In this document: in pieces, positions 21,806 to 34,331 of the stretch
Numbering within the stretch: position 1 is the stretch's first letter
Layout: each line of letters starts with the position of its first letter
Source: Octopus bimaculoides
Lineage: Eukaryota
DNA: 35,641 nucleotides
NCBI RefSeq assembly: GCF_001194135.2
Contig: NC_068994.1
Span: 18,664,156 to 18,699,796 of the forward strand
Direction: 5' to 3'
Notes under the pieces: generated by a model
The model's database searches: none
Seen by the model: only the letters and a program-made list of their open reading frames with translations
What the model was told of the DNA's origin: nothing
Position numbers and translations under genes: made by a program

Positions 21806-22683
21806 AAAAGCATGAAACTTTTACTTGCTGCAGTTCAGAGAAGAATGGTAAAGATTAAACCCTGTATCATTGAAAATGCTTGCTGATAGTATGATCAAGA
21901 TTAAAAGAATCAAGTTAATTATATTAGAATCAGTGTCAAATTTTGGTTATAATTAAACCTGAATATTTTATTATTTTTCCTTTTTCTTCTTTACTGAACA
22001 CATTAAATAACTTGATTTCAACCAAAAATAAGCATTTCTTTGAGAAAAATCAAAAATTTTGTAGGTTTTATTTTCTTTTGATTGGTATCGTAATACCTAC
22101 TTCCAACAGCTGCTGACACCATGCAGTGATCAAATTATACATCCTCATACAGTTTATTTCTCAAAACAGGGTTTAATCACTTTTTAATGACTTATATTCT
22201 TTCTGTACTATATTCAATAAAAACTCATCTGCCTGATTAATAAACTTGCCTTTACAAAGATCTACCTAATTAACGACACTTTTTGGTGCTGTAATCTTTT
22301 TATTTTTACTGCCATTACTCAAAAAAAACTTTTATAATCATTAAAATAGAACCCATTATCCTATCTTTCACCATACTTCCTTAGAAGTAAATCAATTTGT
22401 TTTTTATCTTGGTTTTCTTCAATGGATTTAACTGCTGCAATAAAGAGATACTGCACATTAAATCACTATACAAATATAGATTGCACCAGCTAAACAAACC
22501 TTACTTATAATAGTTTGATTCTATGTGCAAAATAGTAATTTTACACCTCAATATATACACATTTACTTTCTTTACTGCCACATAGAGCACAACAGATTTC
22601 GTAAGCTAAGAATAGATTGAATTCTAATGATAACATTCTGACCAAATGCAAATATTCTCTACAACAAACTGCATGAATAACCT

Positions 22684-22787
22684 TCATAGATCCAAATATT
22701 TCTCAGCTATATTTGAACTGGTCTGAAGTTTGTATATATATTCTTTCTGCTGCTGATTTGTAAACCTACTCTCGAATTCATTCCAAC
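22684..22787 (-). CDS. Candidate terminal exon (G)WNEFESRFTNQQQKEYIYKLQTSSNIAEKYLDL*
   Basis: Acceptor ggccacaccag, open to TGA; the tandem paralog at 23010-23090 shows several synonymous-type changes. No homolog recognised. Confidence 0.25.
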
Positions 22788-22835
22788 CTGGTGTGGCCAA
22801 TGTGCACCATTAATGGTTAATATTGATAAATTTAC

Positions 22836-22892
22836 CATAAAGAAAGCACAGCTTTCTAATTAGCTCAGAGTCGCCTCTCTTGGTATCTAGTG
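22836..22892 (-). CDS. Candidate 57-nt phase 1-1 exon LDTKRGDSELIRKLCFLY
   Basis: Acceptor gttagtactcttcag, donor gtaaat, open frame, phase compatible with 15560-15589. Confidence 0.25.
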
Positions 22893-24003
22893 CTGAAGAG
22901 TACTAACAAGCCCAAGATGAATTCACTAGTACTGAGCTGACTATGATGTTTTAATACCTTTTTGTTTTAAATGAACTTTTTTTTTTCCATGAACTGCAGT
23001 GAAAAGCTTTTACAGGTTTAAATATTTCTCAAACATATTTGAATTGGTCTTCAGTTTGTATTTTTTCTGTCACTGCTTTGCACATCTACTTGTGCATGTG
23101 TGTGGCCCAGTCATGTAATATATAAAACATAAATTACTATTAATGTGAAATAAAATTGATATACTATGAATTAATCCAGTATAATTAAAAAACATTTAGA
23201 TAATCTCTTGTTTCTCTCTCTCATACACACAAGCAAATTTATTTCAATGGATGACTTTCTTTTGTAAGTGACACGTTTTGATTTCTGATATCAAAAAGCT
23301 CACGCAAATATGTATGAGTGCCTTTTATTATTTGAAAAACAGTGGTGGTGGTGGGGGGGGGGGGAACCCCTCTCTACACCATCTATTTGTGTCAAAGCTC
23401 ACTTAAGCTTTGTGAATTCCTGAAATTACAGCCTGCCACAGAAATTATCTTTCTAGATACTTTTCTATTTTCTCCTTGAATTGATGCTATGCTACTCCAC
23501 CTCGTTGTATTCCATTGCCACTTGTAACTAATTGCAACTAAGATTACTATGTCTTAAAATGCCATTGAAAGCCATGATTTTGTTTCAGAGTGAACTCTTT
23601 CAAGTTCAGATTAGTTGGCAATATTCTATATCTTCTCTGCTCCACAATGGTTTAATTTTTTTTAATCATTTTCACTTAAACTTCTTAAGAAAAGTTATAA
23701 TTAGCAATGCTATATATAGTAGTCATTATGATTATTTGTGGTGTCTGAAATGCAAAGGTTAATTAGATAGATTCATCTATCTACTTTGTCCAATTATCAA
23801 AAATCTACAAAGACAAATGATCCAGACAGAAACAATGAAAATAAGCTATCAACTGAAAGTGCAAGTTTCAATTTGTTTTAAGAATAGTTAATTTCTACAT
23901 TTAAAAAAAAATTTTCAATTTCTGTTTGTCAGAAATGACATCATGAATGTCATGCTTTCAGCTCTCAAAACATATAGTAAGGAAGACCATCACTAACTAT
24001 TAA

Positions 24004-24192
24004 TCTTTTAGCATTCAGATTAGTCTGACAAATGTAATGCTTATTTATTCATTGTTCTGAATTGATCATGATGTGATTGTTTACTTTTACTATGACATTG
24101 TAGAATAGGTGTGATATGTTGGATCTGGCCAATTTGAACATAAAAGAAGCAGAATATTTTGGCTGGATATGGCTGGCTTAAATGCTAAAGGT
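24004..24192 (+). mobile_element. piggyBac-type MITE with an internal deletion
   Basis: TTAA-flanked; tttagcattcagattag...aaatgctaaagg. Confidence 0.82.
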
Positions 24193-24234
24193 TTAAAGAA
24201 TCATACAGTGGCTCTTTCAGCCTTCTAGGCTTTT

Positions 24235-24425
24235 ACATCATCATCATAGTTTAATGTTTGCTCTCCATACTGGCATGGGTTGGATGGTTTGACATGCAGC
24301 TGGCTAGCAGGAAGCTGTCCAGACTCCAACTGTCTGTTGTGGCATAATTTCTACAGCTGGATGACCTTCCTAATACCAACCACTTAGCAGAGTGTACTGG
24401 GTGTTTTTATGTGCCCCCAGCATGT
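24235..24425 (-). mobile_element. RTE-type 3' UTR/tail fragment
   Basis: (CAT)n-ttaatgtt...ccatactggcatgggttggatggtttgac...cttcctaataccaaccac. Confidence 0.8.
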
Positions 24426-25348
24426 CTTTTGGTAAATCATAGACGTTTGTGATAGCCTCTCATCAATAGAATTCTCTCCTCATATTGTAGTGTAAGAGGA
24501 TTTCTCAGATAGAATCAGCATGACATTGTGCGAGACCAGACTAGTTTGAATTATAGATATTGTCTCTCTAATAGGCCGTCCACCCAGTTTCGCTCACTAA
24601 ACTTGAGGCCTACATTCACCTATAATGGAAAACGCTTGACCAAGGTGCAACACAATGAGATCAAATGTGAAATTGCAGGATTAGGAAGCAAATCTTATAT
24701 ATAATTAACTTAAGCCAGGCATCATAACTCCATAAATGATAGAGGAGACTTAGCAAGTCATATGTATTGCTCCTTTGATTTTTCTGACATCTTGTTTGTA
24801 AGCCTAGAGTTAACATCAGCATGATATGGTTAACTTTACTGAAAGATAACTTTAATTGATGTATTTAATGTAACATTAAATATACATTCATCACTAGCAT
24901 AGTGGACAATGGATGAGAGTGTTAATACAACTATTTTTAAAATAAAGGTTCCTAAATCAAATCCTGTCTGGTGCTATGTACATATGACTAGAGACTGAAT
25001 TGTCATACAGATGTAAATATTGAATATTTAAAAATTTATCTTTGGAGATTAGGGTGGCGGCACAAAAGAAAATCGTATTAAATATACAAGATTGTATTAT
25101 TTGTTGCAAAAAAAAAAAAAAATAAGTAAAAAGAATTGTTTACAGAATCACACATTCAGGTGTAATGGATTTCATCAGTGATTGCCTCTCCTCTTTCAGT
25201 GTCCACAATTATTTTGTGTTTACTGAGGGATTGTATAGGTTTATTGCTTGTGTAGTAAGCTATGAAATTCTTAAATTGTCTTGATTTCCTGTAATACTGA
25301 CTATCTCATCAATTCACCTGAGACAGTATCTTGTTTTCTAATATGTAC

Positions 25349-25394
<46 letters not shown>

Positions 25395-25518
25395 NNNNNN
25401 NNNNNNNNNNNNNNNNNNNNNNNNNNNNNNNNNNNNNNNNNNNNNNNNNNNNNNNNNNNNNNNNNNNNNNNNNNNNNNNNNNNNNNNNNNNNNNNNNNNN
25501 NNNNNNNNNNNNNNNNNN
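25395..25518. other. Assembly gap following a (TA)n run
   Basis: N run preceded by (TA)n at ~25352-25394. Confidence 1.
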
Positions 25519-25590
25519 CATCATATTTACATGAATTTTATTCTACTTTCAGAGTCAAATGAAATTCACTGAGGCAGATTTTTTTCATAG

Positions 25591-25707
25591 CTGAATTCTC
25601 TTCCTGTCACCAACTTGAATCTGTAATATTTCTCCCAAGCCCCTCAAACATGAATGGTTCAATGGCTGGACATAGTTTCACAGTAGACTGCAGACAACAC
25701 TGCTTGT
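25591..25707 (+). CDS. Candidate 117-nt phase 1-1 exon EFSSCHQLESVIFLPSPSNMNGSMAGHSFTVDCRQHCL
   Basis: Acceptor tttttttcatag, consensus donor gtgagt, open frame, length a multiple of 3. No homolog recognised. Confidence 0.3.
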
Positions 25708-25749
25708 GTGAGTGATATTTATTTTACAATTAGCACACAATACCAGTCA

Positions 25750-26010
25750 CCATCAATGAAACCCACTGACTCAAGATGCCATACAGTGTGATTGAACCTG
25801 AAGCCATGTAGTTGCCAAACTTTATAACAGCCATGCCTGTGCCTAGAGCCTATATATCTATACACACTATTTGATGGGCTTCCATACAGTTTCCATGACG
25901 TAAATTTCACTTACAAGGCATTGGGCAATCTGAGGATATACTGGAAGACACTTGCTCAAGATGCCAGTGGGGTTGAACATGGAGCCACATGGCAGTGAAG
26001 TGAACATGTT
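25750..26010 (-). mobile_element. Two adjacent degraded SINE family A heads
   Basis: Repeated caagatgcca...ttgaacctg/catg...gccatg/acatgg motifs. Confidence 0.7.
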
Positions 26011-26699
26011 CCAAATGCCGACTTAAAGGAAAAAAGGTTAATTAATTTACTAAATTACAGCAAATTCCTGACTGTTTTCAAAATTAGAAGTGTATTTCAT
26101 TAGAGATACATGATTACAAAAGTTTTAAGCTAAGGGGTTAATGAAGAGAAAATGCCAACACCACAAACTACAGCCATGTTCCTAATGATTGATATCTTTT
26201 ATTGCAAACGGTTAATATCAATCATCCATTAGTATTTCTCTTACAATAAACAGAATCACTATTGTGTTATGTAGACATACAAAACTTGACGCTGATTATT
26301 TTTTTTATTAAATTTCAGCCAGCCTTGCTTTACAGCCTCTATACAAATATATAGATGTACTATATATATGTGCACTTCTATATGACACACACATGTGAAT
26401 ACACATTCACATACATGCCTTTGGAATATGTTATCCTTTTCTAGTTATAAAAGACAGTTTTGAAATGAATACTTTTATGTAAAAATGTAGGAATTATTTC
26501 ACTTTCTCGTGTAACTTTGAATCGGGAACAAACAAAACATTCTTGTGCTACTTTTTTTTATCATACTTCTTCTCACTACTGTAAACACCCAAATACCAGA
26601 TGGAACAATCCGATTTGTGCAAGGAATGTGAATTTGAAATGAGCAACTTCTTGTAATCACAATAAATATTAAAATGTGTGGCAGAATTTTTTCTTTTGT

Positions 26700-26739
<40 letters not shown>

Positions 26740-27396
26740 ACTTATTTCATTTTGAAGGAAATGTAACATGTTGAAGAATTCATTATCTAACATATATGTT
26801 TACTTATTTTATTTCCTGCTAGGAAAGAGATTACAAAAATAAGCAAAGTTTAAATTTGGAAATATAATAATTATTCCTCTAATTGTGGTTCAGTGATTGT
26901 TTTCAGGCCAAGGAAATAAGGTGTGATGTAATTTGTAAGCTACCTCTTTGTAAATACTTCGTTCTGGGATCTTACGTGGAATTGTGTAAAATTCTTTCAT
27001 AGATTCTTGTTGAATTCCATTATGTAGATAATGTTTTAAATGCATTTGTGAAAGTATTTGTAGATAATGTCTCGAATGCATTAATGAAAATATTTTAAAA
27101 GAAATCTTGTGATATTCAATAATTTTATAACCTTCTATAGTTATTCTAATGGATTTTTGTAACATCAGAAAATATTCAGAATAGAATAATATATTTAGGT
27201 TTTTTTGGGGTTTTTTTCACTGGATCACATATAGTGTTTAAAATTTATGATTTTAAAACAGGTGTTCTGTTATGCTTTGAAAAATAATGTTCCATACATA
27301 CAGAACAAAGAACATTAAGAATATGAAAAGAAAAAAATAAAGAAGAAAGAAACATTATTTGAAAATACACCTCTTATCATATGGAATTGTATTCAG

Positions 27397-27481
27397 TTTG
27401 TGCCAAATTTATCTTTTGGCAACTAATAAGACGCTATCTACGAATGGCAATGATTTTGTTTTGGCACTTGAATTGGCAAAA
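27397..27481 (+). CDS. Candidate 85-nt exon LCQIYLLATNKTLSTNGNDFVLALELAK
   Basis: Consensus donor gtgagt, moderate acceptor attgtattcag, open non-repetitive frame. Confidence 0.3.
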
Positions 27482-28197
27482 GTGAGTGATTTAGAAATTC
27501 TTAGTTTTAGTAGCCAAGAGGAAAATAGAAGAACATGTTACAGCATTGTATTTCCCTGTTGTCATTAGGTTTTGGTAACTTCGAATGTGTATGTGCTAGA
27601 GGAAATGTTTCCAAACTGATTGCACTGTGAACTGACATATGCTTCGATTATTAATCTTGTCATTTTAATATCTTTTAGGTTCAGTTTATGGGTGTAAAAT
27701 GGTTAAATAATAACTGTTCTCATTTGAAGTAGTGGTTTGCTTCCAAGAAATTGCTAGTTCTTTATGTTCCAACAAACAAATCCATGTAAAAATTAAAAAT
27801 CTCTGTATCTGGAATCTTCTGTGGGTAGTTTTGTATTCAGCAGTTTGAATGTAAATTTGAAAGTTTACAAACAAGAAGCATTACAATATCACTTTGATTA
27901 CTTTCTTTTTAGTGAAAAGAATCACAAATATAAAGACACTATCACTGAAATTTTTACATCTGCTACTTCAATCCTTTCCTTTATTACATTTTGTATCATG
28001 TCCTTAGATAACATACAAATACTGTATTTAATTGAATGTAAGACAAAATATATACAGTTGCACATTATTTTCTCACATCATTTACTACCTGTATAAAATA
28101 TATAATTTTTATAACATTGTTAAACACCTGTTGTTAGACAATTTTAAACACATGTGACTGACTTTGGAACAAATATTGTTTGATAATGTTATTCTGC

Positions 28198-28325
28198 AAG
28201 CTGGCAGAATCATTAGCACATTGGCAAAATGCTTAGTGGCATTTCATCTACCGTTATGTACTAAGTTCAAATTCTGTCAAGGTTGACTTTGCCTTTCATC
28301 CTTTCAGGATTGATAAAATAAGTAC
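28198..28325 (+). mobile_element. SINE family B 5' part
   Basis: agctggcagaatcattagc...aagttcaaattc...ttgcctttcatcctttc. Confidence 0.85.
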
Positions 28326-28944
28326 TCTCAACATAGTGGCTCAACCTGGAGAGACTCACTGATCTCTGAACTACACAGAATTCTTTGATAAACAGTTTTA
28401 TGTCTATAGTCACAGAAGTCAACGTAGGGCAATTAAGTCCATTTAAAATTGGTTATTTGGTTGGCTGGTTGGCTGGTGTGACCAGAATTATAATCAAGAC
28501 ATTAAAAGAAGTGAGAAAGCCAATAAGAGATGGTCATATTGTCATATCAACATGGAATTATTGTCATTTACTTTCTGTAATGATGGTTATACAGTCAATT
28601 CTTTTCATTTGTGGAAAATTTTTAAATAGAACATTTTCACTTAATAACTGCTGGAATAACAAGGTGATTTGATTGTCTTTATTGGTTTGGCCTGGAAGAA
28701 GGGGCAGTGTTCATGGCCATCATAAGGCCTGTGAGACTAGTGAAAGCAACAAAATTAATGTTCCTTTTAAATAATTGTTAAGTCAATGGATGCAATAAAC
28801 ACAAAGGCAAGAAGGAAATCTCAGAAAGTTCACATGCAGGTGAGGAAGGACTGGATGTTGTAATTAATTAGTGCAAGGACTGGAGATGAGTGGATGGATG
28901 CAATGAGAGTGAAGAGAGGAAAAGAAATGAGTCTTGAGTGTCAG

Positions 28945-29160
28945 TCAGCACGTAAAGAAGTGCCAATCACTCAAAGTGGATAGAACTTGTGAAAAAGAGA
29001 GACCTAGGAAGACATGGGACGAAATACTGAAGGACGATCTCAGGACACTCAATGTTATGGAGGAGATGACAAAAGACAGATATTCAGTGCTTTGCTGTAC
29101 TCAAGGTGACCCATCTTCCACACTGAAGTGTTAATGATACTTCCCTCGCTGAAGCAGAGG
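28945..29160 (+). mobile_element. RTE-clade LINE C-terminal fragment, second subfamily
   Basis: Encodes HVKKCQSLKVDRTCEKERPRKTWDEILKDDLRTLNVMEEMTKDR. Confidence 0.8.
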
Positions 29161-29276
29161 CCACTGTAGTAGTGCTGGAAGAGAGAGAGAAAGAGAGATC
29201 TGTAGGTCAGATGTTGGTGAGCAACTAACATGCCAATCAGTCAAGTAACATTCAGAGGAACTTCAGAAATAAACAC

Positions 29277-29830
29277 AGGTGTGGCTGTGTGAAAAGAATT
29301 TGCTTCCCAACCACATGCTTCCAGGTTCAGGCCCACTGCATGGTACCTTGATCAAGTGTCTTTTCTGATAGCCCAAGGCTGATGAAAACCTTGTGAGCTT
29401 ATTTGGTAAATGGAAACTGAAAGAAACCTGTTGTGTGTGTGTGTGTGTGTGTGTGTGTGCACGTGCATGCACGCACGTGTGCACGGTGTGTGTGTGTGTG
29501 TGGGTGTGGGTGTAATGTGTATGTACGTAATGTGAGTGTATGTGTTTCTGTTTGTATTTGTCCCTCACTACTGCTTGGCAGCAATCAATATTGGTTTGTT
29601 TAAATCTCCATACATTAGTGGTATGGCAAAAACAGACTGAGATAATGAGTACCAGGCAGAAAAAACAAAAACAAAAAACAACAACAAAGCAGTGCTCCAG
29701 AGTGGCCACTCTCCAATGATTGTAACAAGATAAAGATAGAAGTTCTGGGGTCAATTTGTTTGAGTAAGCCCTTCAAAGCAGTGCTCCAGCATGACCACAG
29801 TCCAATGACTGAAACAAGTAGAAGATAAAA
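29277..29830 (+). mobile_element. SINE family A with (TG)n centre and a partly duplicated 3' end
   Basis: Head at 29277, tail block aaagcagtgctccag...caatga present twice. Confidence 0.82.
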
Positions 29831-30515
29831 GACAACAAAAAAAAAATGTAGGCATCATTATTAGCCACAAAGCAACAAGTGTCTATTTTGTGTTGTGTCC
29901 TGCTTCTGTTCAATGATGCCCGGTACTAGCATGCTTTAAGTTTTCTTTAAAATGGGATACTCACTAATAACCTTTAAATTTAAAACCCACACAGTATATC
30001 AATCTAATATCAATCTAATCAATACTTTTATTTCCATTATAGAACTTGATCAGGGAAGTTCAAAGTTCATTTTGTTCTGTATGGTTTTGTACATTAAACT
30101 AATGGCAACACATGCAACATTTTACAGGAAAATTAAATAGATTTAAGACAAGGCAGCAAATATAATACTAGTATATGATGCACACACACAAGTTTTAATA
30201 TATCTCAGTAGAAGCCCATTTTTTTTTTCTCTCAAAGCTATTATGGATGTGTTCTTAATGTGAATTATGTCTCCTATATTAAATTCAGTTACTTGAAATG
30301 ATTGACATTACAAGCTGAAATGGTTGACACCTCTTACACACAATATCGTTAATATTCCAAGACAAGAAACCAAAAGCTGTTTTTACTCATTGAAATTTCT
30401 ATAGTTAGAAGAAAGCCCAGTGAGAATTAAAGACATTACTAAAAAGAAAGTATTGCTCATATATTTATATATATATATATATTTATATTACATATATATG
30501 GATAGAAAGATAGCT

Positions 30516-30550
<35 letters not shown>

Positions 30551-30663
30551 ATCATCATTTGACCAGGGGTAGCAAGGTCAAAGGCTGCACCAGACTCCAG
30601 TCTGATTTGGCATGGTTTCTTTGGCTGGATGCTCTTCCTAATGACAACCACTCTAAGAGTGTG
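30551..30663 (-). mobile_element. RTE-type 3' tail fragment
   Basis: catcatcat...gctgcaccagactccagtctgatttggcatggtttct...cttcctaatgacaaccactc. Confidence 0.78.
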
Positions 30664-30880
30664 AACATGTAAAGAAGTGAAGATCACTCAAAGTGGATGG
30701 AACTTGCGGAAGAGGGAGACCCAGGAAAACATTGGACGATGTACTGGGATGATGTCAGGAAACTGATCCTTATGGAGGGGATGACAAAGGACCGAGATAT
30801 CCAGTGTCTTGCTGTACTCAACAAGACCCATCCTCCACAGAAGAAGTGTTAATGCCACTCCTCCTGCTGAAGAGGTTTGG
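30664..30880 (+). mobile_element. RTE-clade fragment, second subfamily, homologous to 28945-29160
   Basis: catgtaaagaagtg...cactcaaagtggat.gaacttg...acc.aggaa.acat.ggacga shared. Confidence 0.8.
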
Positions 30881-31694
30881 TCTACAAGAGTCTTGTGCCA
30901 GTGCCATGTAAAAAGCACCAGTGCCACATGAAAAACAACAGTGCCAGTATCATATTAAAAGCATCCATGCCGGTGTATGGGAGAGAAAGAGACAGAAAGA
31001 ATTTGCTGGTGCATGGGAGAGAAAGAGAGAGAGAGAGAGAGAGAATTCAAGTTAACAACTAGCAGCAAAGGAAATTATAATTTGTCTCACTGCACCTGAA
31101 GTCTAGCTTTCATCAAAATATCTTCAAAATGAATTAATTTATAGTTAATCTTAACAACATCGCTATATCTTCAATAGACATTGGATATAAAGAATTTAAC
31201 TTCGCAATTTCATTCAACACGTAGAAATGTTCTGTTGAAAAGAAAGAAATAAAAAAAAAAAAACATGACCTCTTCCCTTTATGTCTGTTAACTCCTCTTT
31301 CATTCAATCACAAGATTCACAGAGCAGTTGGAGGTAGGGATTACTATCATTCCGAGTAGCTGCTGTTGCTAGAGAGAGAGAGAGAAAGAGAGGGAAAGAA
31401 AGAAAGCCAGAGAGATTCAACAGATGACAGAACTGGGTGAGTAGCTTTGGTATAGAAAAGCAAAATGAGATATTTGGTCAATATTAATAGTCATTCCCAA
31501 AAATAAGCTGTAAAGATATACGCTGCAAAAGGCAAACAAATTCCAGCAAATTTTTGTTGGGTAGGAAAAACAAGGTGGGGTCAACTCTCTGAAAGTAAGA
31601 GTGGAGTGATATTTTGCATAGTATTGAAAGAAAACAGGATTTGATTTAGTTTTAGCATCAGTTAGTTGGAAAGAGTTGGTGTGGATACATTTCC

Positions 31695-32335
31695 TACAGG
31701 CTGTGTGGAAAAAAACTTTCCTTCCCTACCACATGGTTTCAGGTTCAGTTCCACTGTGTGGCACCTTGGCCCTGGGTCAACCAAAGCATTGTGAGTGGAT
31801 TGAGCAGACAGAAAGCTTATATTTGTGGGTGATTATAAGAATGAACTCATAAGTGACAAGTAGAAAAGTACCCAAAGAGAAGAAACACTGAACATTTATG
31901 TAGCAGCTTAGAGTTACATAATATAAGTTACATAATATAAAAAGACATTCCAAATGCATATTCTTTTCTACTCTAGGCACAATGCCCCAAATTTTGGGGA
32001 AGGGGCCAGTCAATTGGGTCGACCCCAGTACATAACTGGTACTTAATTTATCAACCCTGAATATAAAGACAGACAAAATACCACTAAGCAGTTTACCCGG
32101 CATACAAACATTTCTGCCAGCTCACCGTCTTTTCTTTTGTGACTGTCTCCCCACCATCGCTTGACAACCGATGACAGTGTGTTTATGTCCCCGTAACTTA
32201 GTGGTTTGGCAGAAGAGACCAATAGAATAAGAACTAGGCTTACAAAGAATAAATCCTGGGGTTGATTTGTTCAACTAAAGGTAGTGCTCCAGCATGGCTG
32301 CAGTCAAATGATTGAAACAAGTAAAAGCATAAAAG
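31695..32335 (+). mobile_element. SINE family A (head 31695-31830, tail 32135-32335) interrupted by other sequence including a family B copy
   Basis: Colinear head and tail motifs. Confidence 0.7.
31959..32131 (-). mobile_element. SINE family B with an internal deletion
   Basis: Reverse complement begins aagacggtgagctggcagaaatg; core gataaattaagtaccagttatgtactggggtcgac. Confidence 0.82.
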
Positions 32336-32472
32336 ATGTGTGTGTAAATGAGGTGTGTTTGTGTGTGTGTGTGTGTGTGTACAATGGAAATGGGATGGTA
32401 ATGTTCAATACTGAAAATGTGTGTGTATGTGTGTGCATATACAAGAGAACTATGTGAAACTTAACACATACT

Positions 32473-33290
32473 TGTAAGGTTGTAGAGTACATTTGGGTGA
32501 AATTCCTCTCTTCTCTTTATTATATATGTGCTTTCAAACGTAGCAGATAACAGCTAGCCTTTGGCTGCTATTTGGACCCCATTGTGTCCACTACTCTGAT
32601 TGGTTGGTATTGGCGCAATTTGTCCCTTACTCTGTCGCACCAATATGCAGCATATAACCAATCAGAGCTGTAAATAAGATCACATGAGACAGCCTGTTCT
32701 CAACCCCATCTGAGCCTACTGTTCCTTATAAAAACTCATTTTCTCCTCATCACAAGGTCTTTGGTTCCAGACCTTTTTAAGTCTGGCCACTGACCACACA
32801 AGGCACAGCCAGTTCTAGCAACAACGCCAGACGACAACACCCGTCCAACAGCAACATTCCCAGGTTTCAACACAGCACTCTTTATGAATTACTTCACCAT
32901 GGATCAACAGCAAATATACAACCTGCAAGCCAGATGACAACACCTGTCCAACAGCATTACAGCAACCTCTTTCTCTGTTGCCACCATCATCATCATCTTA
33001 ACGTTGTCAACATCATCTCTACATACACAAACTCAACAAGCAACTTGCCCTGGTTCCAATACTGCACTGTTTGTGAATTACTTCACCATGAATTAACAGT
33101 GAATATACAACCTGCAAGAACTCTTGTACCAAGTGACTCAAGAAGCAGCATTACAGCCACAACTGTGTATGACATGTATCAACTCCAGTTCTGTGTCATC
33201 ACCGCAACTTCTTGATACAGTATTTCAATCACTGTGTACAATTGATTACGTAACTGGTATTTCTTGTGTCTATAAACATTCTTCTAACTT
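32473..33290 (+). mobile_element. Unclassified LTR-like/promoter-like segment with internal duplications
   Basis: Begins tgtaag; inverted CCAAT pair (32594-32605, 32656-32667), TATAAAA at 32727, ~100-190-bp internal repeats. No partner LTR or clear terminal CA found. Confidence 0.4.
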
Positions 33291-33439
33291 CTTGTTATAG
33301 ACTTTTTCACTGTTTTCTTCCTCAATGCTACTCTTATATGTATTAATGCACGCACATACACTTTTTTCTCATGACAGCCTGTCTATTATTTTGTATAGAT
33401 GATGCACACACAGACACACATGTTAACATACCAATAAAT

Positions 33440-33772
33440 TTTCTTAAATCTTCTACTCAGTCGTGCTTCTCTTTTCCCACTGGCACATATATGTATTATT
33501 CCAGCTTTCTGAACAGAGTCGTTATTAGATGGTTTCACCATGCACGGCTTTGACCCTCTTATAATGTAAAGCACATACAAAAATAATCCAGAATCCTCAT
33601 CTGGTACCGGATTGATCCCAAAATTGAATATGTTTGTGTCAGTCAAAAGGCCAAACATCCCTGAAAGTTTCATTCATATTCATCCAGCGGTTCTTGAGAT
33701 ATCTTGTCCACAGACAAACAAACAAACATGACTGAAAACAATACCGCCGCCTTCGCTAAGGTGGAGGTAATA
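33440..33772 (-). mobile_element. Helitron/Helentron-associated (HINE-like) non-autonomous element, truncated
   Basis: Minus strand begins ttattacctccaccttagcgaaggcggcggtattgttttc then (TTTG)n/tctg; terminal imperfect hairpin taccgccgcc/ggtggaggta. Confidence 0.55.
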
Positions 33773-34119
33773 AAAGAGACAAATATGCAGACACTTGTAC
33801 ATATTTATATGAGCACATCATCCACCATTACCTACAAATTACTCTGTGACGTACACTTCTTTGAATACTTAGGCACAAGCATTGTATAACACATACACAA
33901 ATACTTTGGTATATCCTTGCATACACACATATACAAGCTGTGTAACCATAACCATGTGCACAATGCCTTATGAATGATCTCTCAAATATATACACGCTTC
34001 TCCTGGTGTTATATGCTCTAAGGAGGAAGGTGGGGAAGTTGCTATCAAGTATTTCAACATTAGCATTTACTTGACATTCAATAAGCTTCAAACAAACCAT
34101 CATTGAAAAGAATAATAAA

Positions 34120-34120
<1 letters not shown>

Positions 34121-34184
<64 letters not shown>

Positions 34185-34331
34185 NNNNNNNNNNNNNNNN
34201 NNNNNNNNNNNNNNNNNNNNNNNNNNNNNNNNNNNNNNNNNNNNNNNNNNNNNNNNNNNNNNNNNNNNNNNNNNNNNNNNNNNNNNNNNNNNNNNNNNNN
34301 NNNNNNNNNNNNNNNNNNNNNNNNNNNNNNN
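34121..34331. repeat. (TG)n microsatellite (34121-34184) followed by an assembly gap (34185-34331)
   Basis: Read directly from sequence. Confidence 0.97.

Noticed and set aside
27397-27481. Resemblance of IYLLATNKTLSTNGNDFVLALELAK to a recalled KNTC1/Rod segment (IHDLASQAATICSPDFLLDALELCK)
   Set aside because: Based on memory of a short helical motif, and no other candidate exon matches KNTC1, so no symbol is assigned
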